Assembly (NCBI GenBank): GCA_046498225.1
Contig: JAWOBF010000052.1
Location: forward strand, 1-31,943
DNA: 31,943 nucleotides
Direction of reading: 5' to 3'
From: Candidatus Aegiribacteria sp.
GTDB taxonomy: Bacteria; Fermentibacterota; Fermentibacteria; Fermentibacterales; JCC-6
Shown here in pieces: positions 9,545-17,112 of the stretch. The translations under genes were made by a program, and so were the position numbers. Numbering within the stretch: the first letter of the stretch is position 1; each line of letters begins with the position of its first letter. Under the pieces are notes generated by a model. It made no database searches, had not been told where the DNA came from, and saw only the letters and a list, made by a program, of their open reading frames with translations.

Positions 9545-10708
9545 CTAGATCTTCAGAAGCTTCAGAGTCTGGAAGCTCTCCTCATCGGAAGCCACAACAA
9601 GGTAGCAGCCGTCCGGAAGGCCGGCGCCGTCGATAGTGGTCGAAGGGGTCAGAGGGCGTTCGATCAGTGTTCTGCCGGACATGTCGTACAGGGTTATCGT
9701 TCCACCGCCGAAACCGGTTGCCGATACGGTCACGGATGAGTAGAAGGGATTCCGGTCGGCCGAGAGGGATCTCACCGAGCCGGTTTCTCCTCCGCCCGAA
9801 ACTCCGGTAGTTGTCTGGATATAGACCTGGACCAGGCCGTAGTAGTTGCTGGCCAGAACGTCCGGAAGCCCGTCCTCGTTCCAGTCGTCTACCCAGAACC
9901 TGGCCCCGGCGTAACCTGTGTTTATGATGGCCTCGCTGTCTGAGAAGACCGGATCGGCGTTGGTGCCGGTGTTCTCGTAGTAGTAGATGCTGTAGTCGTT
10001 GGCCCCGCAGAGAAGGTCCTTCTTGCCGTCCTGGTTCATGTCGTAGACCTGCGGACAGTTCCTGTAATGACTGATGTTGCTGCCGCCGCTCTGAAGGAGG
10101 GAGTAGGTGTTGTATACCGGGTCGGTGTCGATGGTGTCGTTGATGTAGAGCCGGACGGTGCCGTCCTGGGTTCCCAGAAGCAGGTCCCGGTTCCCGTCCT
10201 CGTCCCAGTCGACGCAGACCGGAGAGGAATTGTACCCCACGTCGATGGTGACTCCCCCGCAGGCCAGGTCGGCCTCCTGGGTGAGTGTGATAGGCGATTC
10301 AGAGGTCCTCCGATAGTAGTGGGTGTACCCGTTGCGGTCCCCTACTACGATGTCCAGCATTCCGTCGTCGTTGTAGTCCACAACCTGTGGATTAGTGGAA
10401 CCCGTGCATCAACCGTAGGCCATGGTGATGATGGAACCATCGGCGTAAAGGTATGAGAAGGAGTTGAATACCGGCGAGGCATTCGTGCCCTCGTTCTTGT
10501 AGAACCTTATGTTCCCGCCGGAGAACTGGCCGAGGATGAGGTCCTTGAGCCCGTCGCCGTCCCAGTCGACAACACAGGGAGCGGCGTAGTAGCCGACATC
10601 AATGTCGGTACCGCCGCACTCCAGATTGTAAGGTGTTTCGAAATTGAACGTCTGGGACAGGGCCAGTGCGGGAAGAAGAAGCAGCATGAAGAACAGGATA
10701 GCTTTCAT
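9545..10708 (-). CDS. Secreted FG-GAP/VCBS-repeat protein with C-terminal sorting domain; probable selenoprotein (in-frame TGA at codon 100, Sec-Cys)
   Basis: ATG at 10708 follows GGAGGGAG and a signal peptide (MKAILFFMLLLLPALALS). ORF-track fragments 10409..11044 and 9545..10381 share a frame and are separated only by TGA 10411-10409 (…MAYG-TGA-CTGSTNPQVVDYNDDG…). There are five DxDxDGxxD-type repeats and a C-terminal NPF...LYDMSGR...GCYLV domain. Read-through gives 387 aa. Confidence 0.8.
10377..10391 (-). promoter_or_regulatory. Bacterial SECIS-like hairpin
   Basis: mRNA UCCACA-GGU-UGUGGA at +18..+32 after the UGA, with apical G/GU at +24..+26. This resembles the CAGGUCUG apex and spacing of the E. 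coli fdhF SECIS. Confidence 0.7.
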
Positions 10709-10744
10709 TGGATCTCCCTCCATGGTAAGTGCTGACTCGAGAAT

Positions 10745-10750
10745 ATTATA
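10745..10750 (-). promoter_or_regulatory. Possible -10 box for the FG-GAP (seleno)protein gene
   Basis: Perfect TATAAT 36 nt upstream of the ATG. No well-spaced -35 box was seen. Confidence 0.3.
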
Positions 10751-10929
10751 TGGATTTCCAGAAACGCAAGCCCATTGAAAGGAGGCTTTATCCGGGATGT
10801 TCAGGCTGTTTCTGTCATTTTTCAGCCGCTCGTTGACCGGTTGGAACCTCTGCGGTATTTTGCATTCAGGCACTGATAAACGGCGATACCGGATGAAGAA
10901 CTCATGCCTCGAAGTTAGTGTCCCGCTCG

Positions 10930-11372
10930 GGTATGGGTGTTGCGTAATGAAGTTGGTCGTAGGGTTCGAGAATTGATACGCGAGATATGCCGTAGTAAGG
11001 ACATAGAGATAATCAAGGGTCACGTACGACCTGATCATGTACATTTACTGTTGAGTGTACCACCGACGTTGGCTCCGAGTCAATTGATGCAGGCCATCAA
11101 GGGTAAGACGTCGCACCATCTTCTTCAGGACTTTCGCACGTTGCGGAAGCAGTTTTGGGGTCGTCATTTTTGGGCTCGGGGTTATTTTGCAGCGAGTAGC
11201 GGTAATGTTACGGACGAGGTATTGGCGAAGTATATAGAGGACCATGAACTTGAGCCCGAAGATGACGACAATTTCAAGGTCACAGACTGATGGCATGGAT
11301 CAATTGCGAGGTACTTCAGGCGACTTCAGTCGCCAGCCGAACCCACCTCCTTTAGGTGGTGGTGGTCACTCA
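10930..11372 (+). mobile_element. IS200-like element remnant with right-end hairpins
   Basis: tnpA fragment followed by hairpins GGCGAC-TTCA-GTCGCC (11319-11334) and CCACCTCC-TTTA-GGTGGTGG (11343-11362). No left end was recognised and the boundaries are approximate. Confidence 0.7.
10937..11290 (+). pseudogene. tnpA: IS200/IS605-family Y1 transposase, N-terminally truncated
   Basis: HUH motif DHVHLL, IKGKTS, FWARGYF and catalytic Tyr (KYIEDH). The usual N-terminal HxVWxTKYR segment is absent and an in-frame TAG lies at 10916. Confidence 0.85.
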
Positions 11373-11374
11373 GG

Positions 11375-12874
11375 TCACTCTCTTTGCAGAGTGACCGGCG
11401 CGATTTCGGTGCTTTCAGGGATGTACAGAGAGAAACGGTATAGTATTGCCTGTATAGGTCCATTCCAGAGCATGTTATCCAGCACTCTGGTCATCAGCAT
11501 CTCCGAAAGTTCCGAATCGCCTATATAGTCATCAAGACTGGTGAAATACAGCAGAAGAACCGTGTCATCATCATGGGGATCCTCGAAGATCACACAGTCC
11601 TCCTCTCTGAGGTTTCCGATGTACAGGTCCACTTCATGGTTTATCTGAGGGTAGTTATGGCCTCTGTAATCCAGAATCACTGCGCCTGTCTCGTCGAAGG
11701 TTATCGAGCATCGGTCAATATTGAACTCGTCTGAGTATTCATGATCGGGCTCCATCGTGAAGCTGGGAGCGCAAAGGCTCAGAGTGCATTCCGAAAAGAA
11801 GACCAGCTTGGCATCATCGGACTCCTGCAGGTATAGCGATGCCTCTAAGCATCCGTCATCATCCACTGCCTCCAGCATTGTCATCAGCAGGGGTTTTTCC
11901 GGTGAATTGTCGATATTCTCTATTTCCAGGATGAGTTTTCTAGTTGAATAATGTGATGAAGTTGTGGCATACGGGCAGAATTTCATTTGGAAATCCTCGT
12001 CTGCCGCCGGTTCTGTATCTCTTCTGGATACGAACATCCGACGTCCCGTCAGATAGAAATCCCGGCCGTTGGAAAGGAGGTAGGCATCTTCCGGGAGTCC
12101 GGCCGGCCAGCTGTCCTGCTGGTCCACATCGATACTGAAGGTATAGAAAGGCACGATATCGTGCTGCTGCCAGTCCTCGAAGGCCTCCGTTGATGTAACC
12201 GCCGGAAAAACTGGCCACAGGTCAAGGTAGTATTTATCATCCCTGTACCTTCTGACATCACCGGAAAAGGTGATGGGTTCGGTCCCTCCGTACTCGCGTG
12301 ACAGGTAGATCTCCAGCACGGAGGAGTATCCGGGACCTGTGCAGATGTTACCGGATACATCAACATCATCCCAGAGGTGGAAACCGGATTCTGTGATCCT
12401 CCGTCCATCTTCCAAACGGACCCTGATATCCTCTTCATCGGATGTCAGGGGAAAGTGCACGGTTATTTCCGAGGAATGATCGTTGAATTCAGGGACTTCA
12501 CCGGATGATAGCGATTCAAGGTCGTCTTCGGTAAGAATATTAGGGGACGATCGACCGACCATTATGTAGTAACCGTCCCGAATAAGACCATATATAGATA
12601 ACTTATCGGTGGTGTCAGCAATGAACAGGCAGTTCTGGTCCGGTTCGAGTCCCAACCTGTAGTCGTACGAGAAAGTAAGGCTATCTCCATTATCCGCCGG
12701 ACCGTCCAGGACACGTGTGACGACGACGGTTATGGAGTCATCCTGCTTGCATGCGAGAGTTGCCTCTACAACATGTTCATACAAGTCGTAGTTCTGGTAA
12801 TTGAAACGGCCGGTAGGTACGGCTATCACTGACGTACCTATCAGGTGAAGGAACATTATTATTATTGTATTCAT
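11375..12874 (-). CDS. Hypothetical exported acidic protein, paralogue of 14884..16398
   Basis: 499-aa ORF with a hydrophobic N-terminus. It shares blocks SPNILTxDDL, ITVHFP and GNICxGP with the downstream paralogue. Confidence 0.75.
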   Translation of the reverse strand: MNTIIIMFLHLIGTSVIAVPTGRFNYQNYDLYEHVVEATLACKQDDSITVVVTRVLDGPADNGDSLTFSYDYRLGLEPDQNCLFIADTTDKLSIYGLIRDGYYIMVGRSSPNILTEDDLESLSSGEVPEFNDHSSEITVHFPLTSDEEDIRVRLEDGRRITESGFHLWDDVDVSGNICTGPGYSSVLEIYLSREYGGTEPITFSGDVRRYRDDKYYLDLWPVFPAVTSTEAFEDWQQHDIVPFYTFSIDVDQQDSWPAGLPEDAYLLSNGRDFYLTGRRMFVSRRDTEPAADEDFQMKFCPYATTSSHYSTRKLILEIENIDNSPEKPLLMTMLEAVDDDGCLEASLYLQESDDAKLVFFSECTLSLCAPSFTMEPDHEYSDEFNIDRCSITFDETGAVILDYRGHNYPQINHEVDLYIGNLREEDCVIFEDPHDDDTVLLLYFTSLDDYIGDSELSEMLMTRVLDNMLWNGPIQAILYRFSLYIPESTEIAPVTLQRE

Positions 12875-12894
12875 GGTAGAAGTACTATTGTAAG

Positions 12895-14667
12895 ATGCTC
12901 AGTGATGGTCAAAGGTCGATGGGGAGGGGTGTTTCACGAATGCCGGGACTTCAATCCAGAGATAAGATACTGAAGCTATCTGTTCGCAGCGGATATGCGC
13001 TGCTGAAGAATCTCCTGCTATGCATTCTGATGAGCTGCAGCATGTCCTCGGCAGAGTACGTCTATTCCGACGGCGTCGGATATGCATCCCAGTCATCATG
13101 GAATGGTGGACATTTCGGAAGTAGAGTGCTGGACTGGCAAAACATGTACGAGTCGATGTGGGGCATGGAAGCTGACAGTGACTCTGGAATGCTGACCCTT
13201 ATGCCCGACGATTTCGTCAGGAAGCCTCTGGATATCGAAGAAGCTGTCGATATATCTCAAATATTGCCTCATGATATCGATTTTGACGGTGACAATGACA
13301 TCTTCGTTCTGCACAAGTCCGAGAACAGGATCGGATGGCTTGAGAACAGAGGAGATATACTAGCATGGACCTATCACATTATCCAGGATCCATTCTATAA
13401 ACCGGGAGCGCTTCAGGCAGATGATTTTGATGGAGACGGAACTGTGGACCTAGCTGTACTCTCGGAAGAAGATGGAATGTTCGTCCTATACCATGACGAA
13501 TACGACAAGTGGAACTCACATTGTATCGACAGGTACGGATTTAACTATTCAGGTTCTGCTCTGGGGCTGTTTGATGTGAACAGCGATGGCTATATGGATA
13601 TAATTGCAAGACATCGTGACAATCCTTCTATGAACTGGTGGGAGAATCCGGGAGAATCGGGTCTGGAATGGCCCAGACACGAATTCGATAGACCTTTATC
13701 AGGATTTCAGTCCGGTGATTATGACCGGGACGGCCAGCTGGAATTGTACGGATTTACTGGGGATACTACCGGTGAACATGATCTGCTGGTCCATCGTTAT
13801 GAGGGCGACGAGCATACTTTCATAGGTTTCGATCATGATCCTCTGAATGCTCAGGGAGTATCCCTGATGAGGATGCTGTTCATTCCCGATGATGAGACAG
13901 CAGCATTTCACAGACCTTTTGCCAGGATTTTCGCATACCGCTATGTGCACGGTTATTCCGATTACAGGAGTGGATATCTCGCTTTCACTCATGTTGATGG
14001 ATCCTGGAGGCAGGACGATGTGAAGCTATGGGACAATTGGCATATCGACAGAGCTCGCAGAATATGCTGCGGAGATGTGGACGGTGACGGAGACTCTGAC
14101 ATCTGCTCCCCGAGGTACATGTTCGAAGCCGTTCAGGGGAATGTACCCTGGGTATTGCATCATTATGGCCGGGCGGGTTCTGCCAGGGATGACACTACTT
14201 TCCATTCCGATGGCAGCATACGCCATGTAATGGAGGATGATCTAGTACTCAGAAACCTAGTCTGCAGCGATCTCGACGGTAATGGTATGGATGAGTTGCT
14301 CTTCCTGCTTGATGGCAGAATATGGTTCATTGACCATTGCAATCCCGAAAGGATAGGGCAGATGACATCGGGCAGGCTGGTTCTTGATTCGGATGCTTCG
14401 TGGAGGGATTTCAACTGGACCGCGGATGTTCCCGATGGTACGTCTCTGGAATTCTATTTCAAGTTCGACTACGATGAAACGGGAAAATGGTTCGGTCCTG
14501 TAACGGAACCATGCAATCTGAGGGACTTCAAACAGCCATATACATACTTCTTCCAGTACCGTGTCGTAATGAGATCAACGAATCCTCAGCGGACTCCTGT
14601 ACTGCATGATGTGAGTGCCAACTGGATCGCCGCTGATTCGGTTCACTCAAAACCAGATGTACGGTAA
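12895..14667 (+). CDS. FG-GAP/VCBS repeat (beta-propeller) protein; start uncertain (ATG 12940 has an RBS)
   Basis: Repeats DIDFDGDND, DFDGDGTVD, DVNSDGYMD, DYDRDGQLE, DVDGDGDSD and DLDGNGMDE. Hydrophobic leader LLKNLLLCILMSCSMSSA. Confidence 0.8.
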   Translation: MLSDGQRSMGRGVSRMPGLQSRDKILKLSVRSGYALLKNLLLCILMSCSMSSAEYVYSDGVGYASQSSWNGGHFGSRVLDWQNMYESMWGMEADSDSGMLTLMPDDFVRKPLDIEEAVDISQILPHDIDFDGDNDIFVLHKSENRIGWLENRGDILAWTYHIIQDPFYKPGALQADDFDGDGTVDLAVLSEEDGMFVLYHDEYDKWNSHCIDRYGFNYSGSALGLFDVNSDGYMDIIARHRDNPSMNWWENPGESGLEWPRHEFDRPLSGFQSGDYDRDGQLELYGFTGDTTGEHDLLVHRYEGDEHTFIGFDHDPLNAQGVSLMRMLFIPDDETAAFHRPFARIFAYRYVHGYSDYRSGYLAFTHVDGSWRQDDVKLWDNWHIDRARRICCGDVDGDGDSDICSPRYMFEAVQGNVPWVLHHYGRAGSARDDTTFHSDGSIRHVMEDDLVLRNLVCSDLDGNGMDELLFLLDGRIWFIDHCNPERIGQMTSGRLVLDSDASWRDFNWTADVPDGTSLEFYFKFDYDETGKWFGPVTEPCNLRDFKQPYTYFFQYRVVMRSTNPQRTPVLHDVSANWIAADSVHSKPDVR

Positions 14668-14883
14668 CATCTTGCACACTGTTTATGGATTTCCATATCA
14701 TCAGATGGTATGACTTATTTGTTTCTTTGCAGCATTAGCTCTCAGAGCAGGTATTGAAATGCATGAAATCACGTGTCCAATTGCATCGATACCGGATTAT
14801 AGCAATAGAACGGCAGGATCCTCTGTCTGGAAGCCTGCATGAGAATTGACTCTGACCGGAACGACAGGAATAATCAAGATATC

Positions 14884-16398
14884 ATGGTGAACTTGCTTAT
14901 GCTGATGATTCTGTTCGGGGATACGGTAATACGTACGCCTGCGGGGCATTTCGACTACACTGAGTACGACAGCCTGCATCGTGTCTTCGAGGGTGAAGTA
15001 CTCTCCGGAGGCAGCAGAGACTCCATATCGGTCAGGGTCACCTTTGTCTGGAAGGGAGACCTTTCGGAGGGACAGCGGACAGACCTTGTCAGTGATTTCC
15101 GCGTGAACCTCGAAGAGGGTTCTATTGCGCTTTTCACGGCCGACAGCACCGGAGAGATGCTCAGCTACGGCCAGAAGAGGGACGGCCTTTTCGTGATGGT
15201 CGAATGGGCTTCTCCGAACATCCTCACCCTGGATGACCTGGAGCTGTTATCCAGAGGGGTCGAACCGACCTTCAACGAGCATGAGTCCATCATTACTGTG
15301 CATTTTCCCATGACGGACGAAACATCGGAGTTGCGTGTTATCCCCGCGGAAAGCCTGAGGACGGTGATAACCGATATCGAGGACTGGAATGGAGCCCGTG
15401 TTCAGGGCAACATCTGCCAGGGACCCCGCGGTTCCACCGAGATGACGCTGTATCCATCCGGCAGGGGTTTCATGGACGAGTCGGCCCTGGCAACCTTGGC
15501 AGGCGATGTCACCGGCTACGATGATGGTGTCTACTACATGGAGATGTGGCCCCAATACCCCTGCTTCCCTTCCCCGCGGTCGGTGAAGGAGTGTGGAGAG
15601 ACGGAGATCGATCCGCTCTACTGCTTCGACCTGGAATTTCACAACCACTTGATATGGCTGTTCGGAATGTTCGAAGAAACCTTCATCCTGAGTTCCGGCC
15701 AGGGCTTCTTCCTTATGAACGGTAACGGCGAGGTGTTTTCCAGCTCCGGCAGACAGAGAGATCGCATGAGGCTGGGCCTGAACAACATTGTTTTCGGTAC
15801 CGCGGGATTCGATACGGGTTTGATGCCCGAAGGCCATATCATCCTGCGGTTCGACGGACTGCAGGAGGACCATCACATACCTCAGCTGGCATCGCTTATA
15901 GAGACATGTGCTGAAGGGACCCTTTCGGGCACACTTCTGCTCGACTGGAGTCGGGATCTCGAGCCGGCGGCCCTCTCTAGATTCAGCCTGTCCCTGGACA
16001 GGCCGGAGTTTCTTCTCCAGGTATCCGACAGCGCTTCCGCGGCGGCAGGCCTGGATGGCGCTCATCTCGTATTCCCGGAGGATGGAATTGCAGCCATCGA
16101 ACATGCAGGCCGGGAGTACCGTCAGGACAATCTTCATCTGAGGGTCCCCAGGACTCATCATAACAGTTATCTGTACGGCATGGCCTTCAGTATTCCGAAC
16201 CGTCCCGACAGCTATATAGCCCTGGCCTTCCCCGGGACAAGACGCATGTGGAGCGGCTCAGGGGCCGATGATACCGTCGCGGCCCAGCTGCTGAACAACT
16301 GCCTCAAGGACGGGCATGCCTCATGTCAGGTCTGGAGTTACCACAGGCTGGAGGACAGCTACACCAGACTGGGCGATTTCAGAATATCTATCCTTTAG
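14884..16398 (+). CDS. Hypothetical exported protein, paralogue of 11375..12874
   Basis: Long ORF. The start MVNLLMLMILFG was chosen because it aligns with the paralogue's N-terminus. Confidence 0.75.
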   Translation: MVNLLMLMILFGDTVIRTPAGHFDYTEYDSLHRVFEGEVLSGGSRDSISVRVTFVWKGDLSEGQRTDLVSDFRVNLEEGSIALFTADSTGEMLSYGQKRDGLFVMVEWASPNILTLDDLELLSRGVEPTFNEHESIITVHFPMTDETSELRVIPAESLRTVITDIEDWNGARVQGNICQGPRGSTEMTLYPSGRGFMDESALATLAGDVTGYDDGVYYMEMWPQYPCFPSPRSVKECGETEIDPLYCFDLEFHNHLIWLFGMFEETFILSSGQGFFLMNGNGEVFSSSGRQRDRMRLGLNNIVFGTAGFDTGLMPEGHIILRFDGLQEDHHIPQLASLIETCAEGTLSGTLLLDWSRDLEPAALSRFSLSLDRPEFLLQVSDSASAAAGLDGAHLVFPEDGIAAIEHAGREYRQDNLHLRVPRTHHNSYLYGMAFSIPNRPDSYIALAFPGTRRMWSGSGADDTVAAQLLNNCLKDGHASCQVWSYHRLEDSYTRLGDFRISIL

Positions 16399-16403
16399 CC
16401 GAT

Positions 16404-16763
16404 TCAGATCCTGATGATGACCGCCGGTGTCGTATCGATGTATGGAGGTACGTAGTCCAGGGAAATATCCAGCTCCAGTGTATCACCCGGGATCACCTCT
16501 ATTTCCAGTTCCTCCGGGGTCATTCCAATCTTGCTGACGTGCAGCTTTGCAGGTCCTGCACTGAGATTCTCGATAATGAACTGGCCATTTGCCCCCGTCA
16601 TAGCTCCGTAGGAAGTTCCCCAGACCATGACTGTGGCGCCTATGAGGGGATGTTCTCCCCGGATGCGAACGGAACCCATTACCGTACCGGTCCCGCCGTC
16701 ATGCGCGAGAATTGGAACGGTCGACAGAAAGAGGCATATCAGGGAAAAGGAGCATGCTTTCAT
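16404..16763 (-). CDS. Small secreted carboxypeptidase-regulatory-like domain protein
   Basis: GGAGGA RBS and a signal peptide. PLIGATVMVWGTSYGAMTGANGQFIIENLSAG matches the CarboxypepD_reg-like pattern. Confidence 0.75.
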   Translation of the reverse strand: MKACSFSLICLFLSTVPILAHDGGTGTVMGSVRIRGEHPLIGATVMVWGTSYGAMTGANGQFIIENLSAGPAKLHVSKIGMTPEELEIEVIPGDTLELDISLDYVPPYIDTTPAVIIRI

Positions 16764-17112
16764 TTACGGTCCTCCCTCCTTCAGACTCTATCAGTTGGAT
16801 GGAGCAATGGCAATACTCCAGACCATAGATCCACGGGGAGATGAAGCCGCATGAACAGGCTGCGGACAGTTCGGCCCCGGGCCGGAGCATTTCAGGTCGT
16901 TCCTTTTCCGCATCATGGAAATTGTGCATATCCAGTGTGTCTTAATTCTGCCCCGTTTGCTCATACATATTAGATTTGATGCTTCGAATAGACTGATATC
17001 GCACGATTTGTTTTTCGGTGCTCCTGCTTACTTGGAAGGTCATAATGTTCTTCGCCATTTCTAACCTGCGCCAGTGCCCGAACTTCCGTCCTCTTGAACC
17101 GGAAGCGCCGCC

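Noticed and set aside
10409..10411. Genome-wide UGA reassignment (Trp or Gly) as the explanation for the in-frame TGA
   Set aside because: Other genes end at TGA at their expected C-termini, including ATGA/GTGA overlaps, and Trp is encoded by TGG. Recoding must therefore be site-specific.
10709..11044. N-terminal 112 aa of the ORF-track 211-aa protein
   Set aside because: It runs antisense through the IS200 fragment. The RBS and signal peptide place the true start at 10708.
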